A stretch of DNA of 64,000 bases from IMG/VR virus record IMGVR_UViG_3300026116_000035. One strand, 5' to 3'. Positions 36,321 through 47,480 of the stretch are shown in pieces (position 1 is the first letter of the stretch; the number at the start of each line of letters is the position of its first letter). Below the pieces are notes generated by a model. The model saw only the letters and a program-made list of their open reading frames with translations, was not told the origin of the DNA and made no database searches. Both the position numbers and the translations under genes were made by a program. The stretch comes from a virus (taxonomy: Duplodnaviria; Caudoviricetes).

Positions 36321-39300
36321 ATGGTTAGCGCTAGGCATAAAAATCAAACGATAGATCAGGGCATACATTCCATTGTAGCTTATTATTACGCTGATTCTAC
36401 AGAGCGTTTAGCGACTTCAGGATTTAGAGCTTATGATTTATATAAATTAGCTATTGATTTAAATGATAATACTTTTTGGATTATTACAAATATTGATGGT
36501 TTTGGAAATGCAACTTGGCAAAATTTAGTAGCTTCAACAGGTGGGGCAGTAGGTGGAGATTTAAGTGGAGCTTTACCAAATCCATCTGTAGTAGATCTAA
36601 CAATTTCGGGGCAGCAGCAAGGTTCTATATTATATTATAATGGAACAAATTGGGTAGTATTAAATCCTGGTACTGATGGATATGTATTAACTACTCATGA
36701 TGTTGGAAATAATCCTACCTGGACGGCTGCTAGTGGTGGAGGTGGTGGAGCAAATTTAGCAAATACGGCTCCTGTTGATGTTACTAAAGCGGCAGCATCT
36801 GTAGGCACTTCATTATTTGCGGCTAGAGCAGATCATAAACATAATATATTAACTGATGTACCTATTTCTATTGGTCCAGTTAATTCAGAAGGTGTATCGA
36901 CTGCATTAGCAAGAGCTGATCATAAACATGCAGTTACAGATTTGGCAATTCCTGGACAAACTCAGGGTGACATTATATTTTTTAATGGTACAAATTGGGT
37001 TAAGTTAGCAATTGGTTCAGATGGATATGTATTAACGGCGCATGGACCTGGAACAAATCCTGAGTGGGACAAACCTGCAACTCCTGGACCGTCTGGAATA
37101 TTTGCTGGAGCGCAATTAGCAACAACTGGAAATGTTACTTTTGCAAATTCTAATGGTATTTCTTTTGGAATGAGTAATTTTAATCAAATTACTGCTAGTT
37201 ATACAGTTCCTTCTACAGCTGGATTGATTTCAAATATAAATGTAAGTGCTGGGACTACATCAAATAATTTATCCGCATTAACATTTAGCAATTCAAACGG
37301 GTTAAGTTTTGGATTAAATGGTTCAGTTATTACAGGATCGTATACAGTTCCTACACAGACGAATTTTGTATTTTCAAATTCAAATGGATTAAGTTTTGGA
37401 ACTAATGGGTCTACAGTAACGGGTAGTTATACAGTTCCAAATGTTCCTGTACAAACTAATCAAACTGAGGGATTTTATGCAATTGGAAATACAGTAGGAC
37501 AATCTTCGAGTTCAACATTTGATGCTCGAACTTTATCTATTTCTGGTGCAGGTATTGCTTCTGTTGGATATTCAGGAAATGCATTAATAGTTTCAGTTCC
37601 TGCAGGGCTGGCTAATATTAATATAAGTGCAGGTACTACGTCAAATAATCTTTCAGCTCTTACATTTAGTAATTCAAATGGTTTAAGTTTTGGATTAAAC
37701 GGTTCTGTAGTTACCGGGTCATATACTGTACCTACGCAAAGTAATCAAACTGAAGGAATGTATGCGATAGGTAATACAGCTGGACAGAGTTCTAGTTCTA
37801 CGTTTGATGCTAGGACGATGAGTGTATCTGGAGCTGGAAATATTTCTGTAGGTTATTCTGGAAATGCTTTAGTTATTTCTGGATCACAATCAGCGCAAAC
37901 TCAAAATGTAGTTGTACCATCTGCTGGAACTCAATCTGCAACTTCTGGTACAGTAATATTTAGTAATTCCAATGGTATTAGTTTTGGGATGAGTAATTCT
38001 AGTGTTATTACTGCGAGTTATACAGTTCCTTCTACGGCTGGATTATTATCAAATGTTAATGTAAGTGCAGGAACTACTTCAAATAATTTAAGTGCTTTTG
38101 TATTTAGTAATTCTAATAATGTATCTTTCGGATTAAATGGAAGTACTATTACAGCTACAGTTACAACTCCGGCTCAAACAAATCAAAGTATAGGATTATA
38201 TGCTCTAGGTAATACTACCCAAAATAGTTCTACTACTTTAGACGCACGTAGTTTATCGTTTAATGGTTTAGGTATCATTACGGCTGGTTATTCTAATGGT
38301 TCTATTCAATTATCAGCTACGCAATCAGTTCAGACTCAAAATGTAGTTGCTCCCTCTGCTGGAACTCAGACAGCTACATCGGGAACTGTAATATTCAGTA
38401 ATTCTAACGGTATTTCTTTCGGTATGAGTAATTCTAGTGTTATTACTGCTAGTTATACGGTACCAACTCAAACTGCTCAGACTGTAGGATTATATGCATT
38501 AGGAAATACAACCCAAAATAGTTCAACTACTTTGGATGCTAGGACTTTATCTTTTAATGGATTAGGTGCTGCTACTGTAGGTTATTCAAACGGATCAATT
38601 CAGATCTCAGTTCCTACACAAACAGCTCAAACCCAGAGTAATATTCAAGCTATTTATGACGGCGCAAATTCAATAAGTACGGGAACAATTCGTTTCTCAA
38701 ATTCAAATGGTTTAAGTTTTGGAATAAATGGTCAGACTATAACTGGATCTTATACAGTTCCTTCAACGGCTGGATTAATTTCTGCAATAAATGTATCAGC
38801 AGGGACTACATCTAATAATCTTTCAGCTGTAACTTTTAGTAACTCTAATGGTTTAAGTTTTGGATTAAATGGATCGATTATAACTGGGTCATATACAGTT
38901 CCTACTCAAAGTAATCAAACAGAGGGAAGATATGCAGTAGGTAATACTACTGGGCAAAGTTCTAGTTCTACATTTGACGCTAGGACAATGAGTGTATCAG
39001 GTGCTGGAAATATTTCTGTAGGTTATTCTGGTGGTAATCTTGTAATTTCAGGAACAGCTCCGAGTGGATCACTTAATTTTTCTGCAGGTACAACATCAAA
39101 TAATTTAACTGCATTAACATTTAGTAATTCAAATGGAGTTTCTTTTGGATTAAATGGGTCAGTGGTAACAGGATCAGTTGCCGCCCAAAGCAATCAGACG
39201 GCCGGATTCTATGCAGTTGGTAATACTACAGGTCAATCTTCAAGTTCTACATTTGATGTAAGAACATTAAGCTTGTCTGGAGCTGGTATCGCATCTGTAG

Positions 39301-42300
39301 GTTATTCAGGAAATAATATTATAATTAATGTACCTGCAGCTGGAGCAAGTGTTAATTTCTCTGCCGGCACTACTTCTGGTAATTTAAATGCTGTAACTTT
39401 TTCAAATTCAAATGGTATAAGTTTTGGATTAAATAATGGTGTTATTACCGCCACTGTAACTCCTGGAGCTGCGGCGGGTATAGCGGCTATTCAAGGTGGA
39501 ACACAAACAGCAACATCTGGAACTGTAATATTTAGTAATTCAAATGGTATATCTTTTGGATTATCAAATTCTAGTATAATGACCGCTAGTTATACAGTAC
39601 CCACTCAAACTGCACAAACTGTAGGACTTTATGCCTTAGGTAATACTACTCAAAATAGTTCTACTACATTAGATGCCAGAACTTTAAGTTTTAATGGTTT
39701 AGGTGCCGCTACAGTAGGTTATTCTAATGGGTCTATTCAGATTTCTGTTCCTACACAGACCGCACAAACTCAGAGTAATATTCAGGCTATTTATGATGGT
39801 GCTAATTCAATAAGTACTGGAACAATTAGATATTCAAATTCAAATGGTGTATCTTTTGGAATTAACGGACAAACTTTAACTGCATCTGTAGCTGCTCAAA
39901 CTGCGCAGACGGTAGGATTATATGCTTTAGGTAATACTACGCAAAATTCCAGCACAACTTTAGATGCTAGAACATTATCATTTAATGGTTTAGGAGCAGC
40001 AACTGTAGGATATTCAAATGGATCAATTCAAATTTCAGTTCCTAATGCATTAACCAATGTAAATATTTCCGCTGGCACTACATCGAATAATTTAACTAAT
40101 TTTGTATTTTCAAATTCAAATAATGTATCTTTCGGATTAAACGGAAGTACTATTACAGCTACGGTAACTACTCCAGCTCAAACCGCTCAGACCATTGGAC
40201 TTTATGCTTTAGGAAATACTACTCAGAATAGCTCTACTACTTTAGATGCTCGTACTTTAAGTTTCAATGGTTTGGGTATTATCACTGCTGGTTATTCTAA
40301 TGGATCTATTCAATTATCTGCAACTCAATCTGCGCAGACTCAGAACGTAGTCGTACCTTCTGCTGGTACTCAAACAGCAACTTCTGGAACTGTAGTATTT
40401 AGCAATTCTAATGGCATTTCTTTTGGTATGAGTAATTCTAGTGTTATTACCGCTAGCTATACAGTACCAACTCAAACTGCGCAAACTATAGGTCTTTATG
40501 CAATTGGAAATACCACTCAGAATAGTTCAACTACATTAGACGCAAGAACATTAAGCTTCAATGGTTTGGGAGCTGCAACGGTTGGGTATTCTAATGGATC
40601 AATTCAGGTTTCCGTTCCCACACAAACGGCTCAAACTCAAAGCAATATTCAGGCTATTTATGATGGTGCAAATTCTATTAGTACGGGAACTATTAGATAT
40701 TCGAATGCTAATGGTGTTTCATTCGGTATTAATGGTCAAACTTTAACTGGGTCTGTAGCTGCTCAGACAAATCAAACAATTGGGCTTTATGCAATTGGAA
40801 ATACTACACAGAATTCTAGTACTACCTTAGATGCTCGTACATTATCTTTTAATGGATTAGGGGCTGCAACAGTTGGATATTCTAATGGATCGATCCAAAT
40901 TTCAGTTCCTAATGCATTAACTAATATAAATATTTCTGCTGGTACAACGAGTAATAATTTAACTAATTTTGTATTTTCAAATTCCAATAACGTATCTTTC
41001 GGATTAAATGGAAGTACTGTTACAGCTACAGTTACTACTCCAGCTCAAACAAATCAAACAATCGGGCTTTATGCAGTTGGTAATACTACTCAAAATTCCA
41101 GTACAACTTTAGATGCTAGAACTTTGTCTTTTAATGGTTTAGGTATTATTACTGCTGGATATTCTAATGGGTCAGTGCAAATTTCAGCCACTCAATCTGC
41201 ACAAACTCAAAATGTAGTTGTACCGTCTGCTGGAACTCAATCTGCAACTTCTGGTACAGTAATATTTAGTAATTCCAATGGTATTAGTTTTGGAATGAGC
41301 AATAGTTCTGTAATTACTGCTAGTTATACAGTTCCTTCTACTGCCGGTTTAATTTCAGCAATAAATGTTTCTGCAGGCACTACATCTAATAATCTTTCGG
41401 CTATTACATTTAGTAATTCAAATGGTTTAAGTTTTGGATTAAATGGGTCTGTAGTAACCGGTTCTTACACTGTCCCAACTCAAACAAATCAGACAATTGG
41501 ATTATACGCTGTTGGAAATACTACTCAAAATAGTTCAACTACTTTAGATGCGCGGACATTAAGTTTTGATGGTTTAGGTGCTGCAAGTGTAGGTTATTCA
41601 AATGGGTCAGTTCAAATTTCTGTACCAGTTCAGTCAGCTCAAAGTCAAAGTAATATTCAGGCTATTTATGACGGTGTAAATTCTATTAGTACTGGAACAA
41701 TTAGATTTTCAAATGCTAATGGAGTTTCTTTTGGGGTTAATGGTCAAACTTTAACTGGATCTGTAGCAGCTCAATCTAGAGTTCAAGTTTCACATTTAAT
41801 GTTTCCTGAAAATCCTTGGCAAACAAATTATCCAATATCAAATGCAAGTTTTTCATTACAACATTTTAATCCTAAAGTTGATATTCTGGCAACTCAAGCC
41901 AATTTATTGATGGCATTAACAGGAAATACTGATTCTACTGGAGCATTTACTGTAAGTTTAGGTATATATACAATGGCAGGTTCAGTTATGTCATTAGCTT
42001 CTTCAAATTCTAGGGTAATAACTTGGACTTCTGGATCTCAAACAACTAATTCAAGTGTTTATGGAGGTATTTCTGGAACAAGGTATAGAACTGTAGGATT
42101 AAATTGGTCAATATCTGCTGGCGATTATGTATTAGGTATGTGGTTTAGAACTACAAATAATGGAACTTGGAATGCATTTGGTGTTCAAGGTCCTACTATC
42201 GTTGGTGGATTAGATGGAAATGAAACAAATCATTACTTAAATGGATATTCTACTAGTTCCTATTCAACTGCTATGATTGGAAGCGTAAATGTTACAAATA

Positions 42301-42368
42301 CAAATTATGTTAGAACTGGTGGTAATGCATTTCAGCAACCTGGCATAATTTTCTTAGGTAGCTATTAA
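36321..42368 (+). CDS. Giant repeat fibre/adhesin-like protein 1 (2015 aa)
   Basis: N-terminal attachment-like region (ARADHKH x2, DGYVLT x2). About 1600 aa of shuffled S/T/N/G modules with no lysine between residues 251 and 1852. Distinct C-terminal beta domain. Confidence 0.75.
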   Translation: MVSARHKNQTIDQGIHSIVAYYYADSTERLATSGFRAYDLYKLAIDLNDNTFWIITNIDGFGNATWQNLVASTGGAVGGDLSGALPNPSVVDLTISGQQQGSILYYNGTNWVVLNPGTDGYVLTTHDVGNNPTWTAASGGGGGANLANTAPVDVTKAAASVGTSLFAARADHKHNILTDVPISIGPVNSEGVSTALARADHKHAVTDLAIPGQTQGDIIFFNGTNWVKLAIGSDGYVLTAHGPGTNPEWDKPATPGPSGIFAGAQLATTGNVTFANSNGISFGMSNFNQITASYTVPSTAGLISNINVSAGTTSNNLSALTFSNSNGLSFGLNGSVITGSYTVPTQTNFVFSNSNGLSFGTNGSTVTGSYTVPNVPVQTNQTEGFYAIGNTVGQSSSSTFDARTLSISGAGIASVGYSGNALIVSVPAGLANINISAGTTSNNLSALTFSNSNGLSFGLNGSVVTGSYTVPTQSNQTEGMYAIGNTAGQSSSSTFDARTMSVSGAGNISVGYSGNALVISGSQSAQTQNVVVPSAGTQSATSGTVIFSNSNGISFGMSNSSVITASYTVPSTAGLLSNVNVSAGTTSNNLSAFVFSNSNNVSFGLNGSTITATVTTPAQTNQSIGLYALGNTTQNSSTTLDARSLSFNGLGIITAGYSNGSIQLSATQSVQTQNVVAPSAGTQTATSGTVIFSNSNGISFGMSNSSVITASYTVPTQTAQTVGLYALGNTTQNSSTTLDARTLSFNGLGAATVGYSNGSIQISVPTQTAQTQSNIQAIYDGANSISTGTIRFSNSNGLSFGINGQTITGSYTVPSTAGLISAINVSAGTTSNNLSAVTFSNSNGLSFGLNGSIITGSYTVPTQSNQTEGRYAVGNTTGQSSSSTFDARTMSVSGAGNISVGYSGGNLVISGTAPSGSLNFSAGTTSNNLTALTFSNSNGVSFGLNGSVVTGSVAAQSNQTAGFYAVGNTTGQSSSSTFDVRTLSLSGAGIASVGYSGNNIIINVPAAGASVNFSAGTTSGNLNAVTFSNSNGISFGLNNGVITATVTPGAAAGIAAIQGGTQTATSGTVIFSNSNGISFGLSNSSIMTASYTVPTQTAQTVGLYALGNTTQNSSTTLDARTLSFNGLGAATVGYSNGSIQISVPTQTAQTQSNIQAIYDGANSISTGTIRYSNSNGVSFGINGQTLTASVAAQTAQTVGLYALGNTTQNSSTTLDARTLSFNGLGAATVGYSNGSIQISVPNALTNVNISAGTTSNNLTNFVFSNSNNVSFGLNGSTITATVTTPAQTAQTIGLYALGNTTQNSSTTLDARTLSFNGLGIITAGYSNGSIQLSATQSAQTQNVVVPSAGTQTATSGTVVFSNSNGISFGMSNSSVITASYTVPTQTAQTIGLYAIGNTTQNSSTTLDARTLSFNGLGAATVGYSNGSIQVSVPTQTAQTQSNIQAIYDGANSISTGTIRYSNANGVSFGINGQTLTGSVAAQTNQTIGLYAIGNTTQNSSTTLDARTLSFNGLGAATVGYSNGSIQISVPNALTNINISAGTTSNNLTNFVFSNSNNVSFGLNGSTVTATVTTPAQTNQTIGLYAVGNTTQNSSTTLDARTLSFNGLGIITAGYSNGSVQISATQSAQTQNVVVPSAGTQSATSGTVIFSNSNGISFGMSNSSVITASYTVPSTAGLISAINVSAGTTSNNLSAITFSNSNGLSFGLNGSVVTGSYTVPTQTNQTIGLYAVGNTTQNSSTTLDARTLSFDGLGAASVGYSNGSVQISVPVQSAQSQSNIQAIYDGVNSISTGTIRFSNANGVSFGVNGQTLTGSVAAQSRVQVSHLMFPENPWQTNYPISNASFSLQHFNPKVDILATQANLLMALTGNTDSTGAFTVSLGIYTMAGSVMSLASSNSRVITWTSGSQTTNSSVYGGISGTRYRTVGLNWSISAGDYVLGMWFRTTNNGTWNAFGVQGPTIVGGLDGNETNHYLNGYSTSSYSTAMIGSVNVTNTNYVRTGGNAFQQPGIIFLGSY

Positions 42369-45300
42369 CTAATATTATGATATTTAAAGGGAATATATAA
42401 ATGGCTGAAAATTTTCAAGATAATATAAGTTATGGCGGATCAACCTTAGCGGTGAGCGGAGATGCTGTTGCTATAGGATCAACAAATGCCGGAGCAAAAA
42501 GTGTTATTTTTAATAATACTGGGTCACAAGGGCATTTAGCGTGGCAACCTACAGCTAATCGAACAATTAATTTACCTGATTCTGGTGGTACTCTCCAATT
42601 AACTGGTCAAGCGCCTGGTGCTCTTGCGGCTGGTACCCAAACTGCTACTTCAGGAACTATAGTATTTAGTAATTCTAATGGTCTTACTTTTGGTATGAGT
42701 AATTCCAGTGTAGTCACGGCAAGTTATACAGTTCCTTCTACAGCTGGTTTAATCTCTAATATTAACGTTTCCGCCGGTACTACTTCCAATAATCTTTCTG
42801 CTCTTACATTTAGTAATTCGAATGGTCTAAGTTTTGGATTAAATGGTTCTACTATCACTGGATCATACACAGTTCCAAACGTTCCTGCCCAAACTAATCA
42901 AACTGTAGGATTATATGCTCTAGGTAATACTACACAAAACAGCTCTACTACTTTAGATGCTAGAACTTTGTCATTTAATGGTTTGGGAGCAGCAACTGTA
43001 GGATATTCTAATGGATCGATTCAGGTTTCAGTCCCTGTACAATCAGCACAAACACAAAATGTAATTCAAGCAATATCAGGTGGTACTAGTAGTCAAAGCT
43101 CAGGTACTATTGTTTTTGGAAATTCTAACGGTATTACTTTCGGATTATCAAATGGAACAATTACTGCAACAGTAAACCCTGGAGCTGCAGCAGGTTTAGC
43201 AGCAGCACAAGCCGGTACTCAAACTGCTACTTCTGGTACGTTAGTATTTAGTAACTCAAACGGTATTTCTTTCGGTATGAGCAATTCTAGCGTTGTTACA
43301 GCTAGCTATACTGTACCTTCTACCGCTGGATTAATTTCAAATATTAATGTTAGTGCAGGTACTACTTCTAATAATCTTTCAGCTGTAACTTTTAGTAACT
43401 CTAATGGTTTAGCTTTCGGATTAAATGGATCGGTTGTAACTGGTTCATATACAGTTCCTACCCAAACTGCTCAGACTATTGGTTTATATGCTTTAGGTAA
43501 TACTACACAAAACTCTAGTACAACTTTAGACGCAAGAACATTAAGTTTTAACGGATTAGGTATTATTACAGCTGGATATTCTAACGGCTCTATTCAATTA
43601 TCAGCTACCCAATCTGCTCAAACACAAAATGTAGTTGTTCCTTCTGCCGGAACTCAAACTGCTACATCAGGCACTGTAGTATTCAGTAATTCTAACGGTA
43701 TTTCTTTCGGTATGAGTAATTCTAGCGTTGTTACAGCTAGCTATACAGTTCCAACACAAACAAATCAAAGTGTAGGCCTTTATGCATTAGGAAATACTAC
43801 ACAGAATAGCTCAACTACTTTAGATGCGCGAAGTTTATCTTTTAATGGTTTAGGTATTATTACGGCTGGTTATTCTAACGGATCAATTCAAATTTCAGCC
43901 ACTCAATCAGCTTATCAATTTAGTAACTCAAATAACGTAAGTTTTGGTACAAATGGTTCAACTGTTACTGCTACTGCTACTTTTGCTCAAACTAACCAAA
44001 CTGTAGGATTATATGCTTTAGGTAATACTACTCAAAATTCTAGTACTACATTAGACGCTAGAACATTATCTTTTAACGGATTAGGTGCTGCTACAGTCGG
44101 TTACTCTAATGGATCAATTCAGATTTCAGTACCTACTCAAACTGCTCAAACTCAGAGTAATATTCAAGCAATTTATGATGGAGCAAATTCTATTAGTACC
44201 GGAACAATTCGTTTTTCAAATTCTAATGGAGTTTCTTTCGGAGTTAATGGTCAAACATTAACAGCATCAGTAGCAGCTCAAACAAATCAATCAATCGGCG
44301 TTTATGCTGTAAGTAATACTACACAAAGTAGTTCAGGTACCTTAGATGCTCGTTCTTTATCTTTTCAAGGGGCAGGTATAGCTTCTGTTGGTTATACAAA
44401 TGGATCGGTTGTTATTTCTGTACCTTCAGGTGGTGCAGGTTCAGTTAATATTTCGGCCGGTACTACTTCAAATAATTTAACTAACTTTGTGTTTTCAAAT
44501 TCCAATAACGTATCTTTCGGATTAAATGGATCTACTGTTACCGCTACTGTAACTACTCCTGCACAAACAGCTCAAACTGTCGGTCTTTATGCTTTGGGCA
44601 ATACTACTCAAAATAGTTCAACTACTTTGGATGCTCGCACTCTAAGTTTTAATGGGTTGGGTGCAGCTACTGTAGGATATTCTAATGGATCAATTCAAAT
44701 TTCTGTACCAGTTCAATCAGCACAGACTCAAAGCAATATTCAGGCTATTTATGATGGTGCTAATTCAATAAGTACTGGCACAATACAATTTGCCAATGCT
44801 AATGGTGTTTCATTTAGTATTAACGGTCAAACAATAAGTGGTTCAGTTGCAGCTCAAACAAATCAAACTATAGGAATTTATGCTACTTCGAATACTACTG
44901 GAGCTTCAAGTTCTAGTACTTATGATGCAAGAAGTATAACATTTCAAGGGGCAGGTATAGCTTCAGTTGGTCATTCAAATGGGTCTGTAATTATCAGCGT
45001 TCCTTCAGGTGGTGGAGCTGGTGATGGCGTTAATATATTAGCAGCTGGTACTCAAACCGCTAATACAACCGGAACTGTATTATTTAGCAATTCAAATGGT
45101 ATTTCTTTTGGTATGAGTAATAGTTCCATAATTACAGCAAGTTATACAGTTCCTACTCAGACTGCTCAAACTATTGGACTTTATGCCTTAGGTAATACTA
45201 CACAAAATAGTTCTACTACTTTAGATGCACGAACTTTATCTTTTAACGGTTTAGGTATCATTACTGCTGGATATTCTAATGGTTCAATTCAGTTATCTGC

Positions 45301-46000
45301 TACTCAATCTGCTCAGACACAAAATGTAGTTGTCCCTTCAGCTGGTACACAAACAGCTACTTCTGGAACTGCAATATTTAGCAATTCTAATGGTGTTTCT
45401 TTCGGTATGAGTAATAGTTCTGTTATTACTGCATCATTTAATGGAACTTTAAATTCAGTTGTGTTTTCTAATGCTAATAATATTACTTTCGGGTCTGCTG
45501 GTAATACTACAATTACCGCGTCTTATTTAGGTGTTAATTATTCAGCAGGTACAACCAGTAATAATTTAGGCTCTATAGTATTCAGTAACTCAAATGGAGT
45601 ATCTTTTGGATTAAATGGATCAACTATAACAGCTTCAGCTTCATTACAAACTGAGGGGCTTTATGCACTCGGAAATACTGTTGGTCAAAGTTCTTCAACA
45701 ACTATTGACCCGCGATCTCAATCAATCTCAGGTATAGGAAATATTTCAGTAGGTTATTCGGCTGGAGCGATTATTATATCAGGATCAGGTGGTGGAGGTG
45801 GTGTAGCCTTATCTGCCGGCACAAATAGTACATCGACTGGAACTGTAGTATTTAGTAATTCAAACGGTATTAGCTTTGGTATGAATACCGATGGTGTTGT
45901 TACCGCCTCTGTACCAGCAATAGCAGGATCAGATGTTGTATTTTCAAATTCAAATAATATAATTTTTGGAAATAATGTCAGCACGATCACAGCAAGCGCA
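37130..46000 (+). repeat. Intragenic modular repeat array shared by both fibre genes
   Basis: Recurrent modules FSNSNGxSFG, SAGTTSNNL, GLYAxGNTTQNSSTTLDAR (15 copies: 9 + 6), VGYSNGSIQISVP, QSNIQAIYDGANSISTGTI and PSAGTQxATSGT. Protein-identical copies differ at synonymous sites. Confidence 0.95.
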
Positions 46001-46762
46001 GTGCCTTATAATATATCCCAATTAGATCCTTTTGGTTATTTGCCAGTTGTTAGCAATTCAGGTTTAGGACAAAATTCATTATATTTCGTTCCATTTGATG
46101 TTCCTGAATATTTGAGTGCTAATCGTATTAATGTTTTCGTTTCAGTGGCAACAACATTCGTTACAACAGCCAATAGCTCTGGTACAGGTGGTTATACTCA
46201 AAGTGCAGCAATTTATGTAAGAGATTCTGGAACAAATAGTACTCGAATAACTTCTCAATGGTCAGGAAGTTGGTTTATGAGTTATTCAGCCAGCAGCGGC
46301 ACGCAAATAAAAATAACATATCCTAATGGTATTTCGAATTCAACAGCGGTATCTACAAATAGTACCGGATTAACAACATCAAACGCTTCAACATTTCCAT
46401 TAAATAGCATTGGTGGATATAGAGCTATTGCTATGCCGATTAGTTCAATTATGACTCCTGGGCGTTATTGGTTAGCTATAGCTAATTCAAGTACTAGTAA
46501 TAATGCCGTCGCAATTTTAAATTGTAGCGTTATGCAAGTTACATATAGTAATAATATAGCTTTTAGACCATTTGGAACATCTTCGGCAGCTAGCAATGCT
46601 TCATTTTATGGAATAAGAGATGGATTAGGTACATATAGCGTTACATCTAACGCTTTCCCTGGAACTGTTATTATGAACTCTGATTCAATTCGAGCAGCAG
46701 TTACAGGTATTATTCCATATTTTAATTTCTCTGGGTATACAACTGCAACTAATATGATTTAA
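42401..46762 (+). CDS. Giant repeat fibre/adhesin-like protein 2 (1453 aa), paralogue of fibre 1
   Basis: Built from the same repeat modules as fibre 1. Only two lysines (residues 33 and 1304). Different N-terminus and a divergent C-terminal beta domain. Confidence 0.75.
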   Translation: MAENFQDNISYGGSTLAVSGDAVAIGSTNAGAKSVIFNNTGSQGHLAWQPTANRTINLPDSGGTLQLTGQAPGALAAGTQTATSGTIVFSNSNGLTFGMSNSSVVTASYTVPSTAGLISNINVSAGTTSNNLSALTFSNSNGLSFGLNGSTITGSYTVPNVPAQTNQTVGLYALGNTTQNSSTTLDARTLSFNGLGAATVGYSNGSIQVSVPVQSAQTQNVIQAISGGTSSQSSGTIVFGNSNGITFGLSNGTITATVNPGAAAGLAAAQAGTQTATSGTLVFSNSNGISFGMSNSSVVTASYTVPSTAGLISNINVSAGTTSNNLSAVTFSNSNGLAFGLNGSVVTGSYTVPTQTAQTIGLYALGNTTQNSSTTLDARTLSFNGLGIITAGYSNGSIQLSATQSAQTQNVVVPSAGTQTATSGTVVFSNSNGISFGMSNSSVVTASYTVPTQTNQSVGLYALGNTTQNSSTTLDARSLSFNGLGIITAGYSNGSIQISATQSAYQFSNSNNVSFGTNGSTVTATATFAQTNQTVGLYALGNTTQNSSTTLDARTLSFNGLGAATVGYSNGSIQISVPTQTAQTQSNIQAIYDGANSISTGTIRFSNSNGVSFGVNGQTLTASVAAQTNQSIGVYAVSNTTQSSSGTLDARSLSFQGAGIASVGYTNGSVVISVPSGGAGSVNISAGTTSNNLTNFVFSNSNNVSFGLNGSTVTATVTTPAQTAQTVGLYALGNTTQNSSTTLDARTLSFNGLGAATVGYSNGSIQISVPVQSAQTQSNIQAIYDGANSISTGTIQFANANGVSFSINGQTISGSVAAQTNQTIGIYATSNTTGASSSSTYDARSITFQGAGIASVGHSNGSVIISVPSGGGAGDGVNILAAGTQTANTTGTVLFSNSNGISFGMSNSSIITASYTVPTQTAQTIGLYALGNTTQNSSTTLDARTLSFNGLGIITAGYSNGSIQLSATQSAQTQNVVVPSAGTQTATSGTAIFSNSNGVSFGMSNSSVITASFNGTLNSVVFSNANNITFGSAGNTTITASYLGVNYSAGTTSNNLGSIVFSNSNGVSFGLNGSTITASASLQTEGLYALGNTVGQSSSTTIDPRSQSISGIGNISVGYSAGAIIISGSGGGGGVALSAGTNSTSTGTVVFSNSNGISFGMNTDGVVTASVPAIAGSDVVFSNSNNIIFGNNVSTITASAVPYNISQLDPFGYLPVVSNSGLGQNSLYFVPFDVPEYLSANRINVFVSVATTFVTTANSSGTGGYTQSAAIYVRDSGTNSTRITSQWSGSWFMSYSASSGTQIKITYPNGISNSTAVSTNSTGLTTSNASTFPLNSIGGYRAIAMPISSIMTPGRYWLAIANSSTSNNAVAILNCSVMQVTYSNNIAFRPFGTSSAASNASFYGIRDGLGTYSVTSNAFPGTVIMNSDSIRAAVTGIIPYFNFSGYTTATNMI

Positions 46763-46805
46763 TAAATGAATAATATTAATATTTAATTATATATGGAGTT
46801 ATAGT

Positions 46806-47480
46806 TTGGCAATTTCAATCGTACAAGTATTACCACTAAGTGAAAGTAACGGGCCCTCTGGAGCTACATTTCATGCAGCAAGTCTAGGTGGCGTTAATTT
46901 TACTGCCGGTAATACTGTATTTTATTGTCATTCATACTGGTTTCAAGCTCCTACTAGTTTATCTATAGCTGGCTCTGCTGCAACACTTGATTTAGCTCGA
47001 CAAACTACTTCTGGTGATCTTCTTCAAATTTGGAGATTATCAAATGTTGGTAGCGGTCGTGATGACGTTGTACTTTCCGGTGATGCTGGTGGTTATAATT
47101 GTGGGGCCATTTTAGAAGTATCCGGCCTTGATTCAAATCCACTAGATCAAATTTCAGGCCCATCTTCCGGAACTGATAATCAACCAACAGCATCAACAAG
47201 TACTACTACTGTCGCGGATGAATTAATAATTGCTTTATTTGCTAATGGTAGCGATGGAGGTGGTTCTTCTCCTCCAACTGGTTATTCATTATTATATCCG
47301 TCAGCACAAGAAGGTGGTTCAGGTGCCTATAAAATTGTTTCAGCAACTGGAACGCAAAGTGTAACATTTACTACTCCAGGAAATATCGTTTGGGTTTGCG
47401 GTATAGCTACGTATAAAGCCGCAGATACTGGAGTAAGTGGAGTTACAATTCCAACATATAGCTCTTACATTACCGTATAA
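46806..47480 (+). CDS. Putative fibre-associated beta-sandwich protein
   Basis: 224 aa, TTG start with GGAG RBS. Low charge and S/T/G-rich like the fibres, with alternating beta pattern. Confidence 0.5.
   Translation: MAISIVQVLPLSESNGPSGATFHAASLGGVNFTAGNTVFYCHSYWFQAPTSLSIAGSAATLDLARQTTSGDLLQIWRLSNVGSGRDDVVLSGDAGGYNCGAILEVSGLDSNPLDQISGPSSGTDNQPTASTSTTTVADELIIALFANGSDGGGSSPPTGYSLLYPSAQEGGSGAYKIVSATGTQSVTFTTPGNIVWVCGIATYKAADTGVSGVTIPTYSSYITV

Noticed and set aside
37130-46000. CRISPR array or DGR template/variable repeats in the long repeat region
   Set aside because: The repeats are in-frame coding modules that differ at synonymous sites, with no constant-repeat/unique-spacer pattern, no adenine-specific TR/VR pair and no reverse transcriptase or cas gene in the window.
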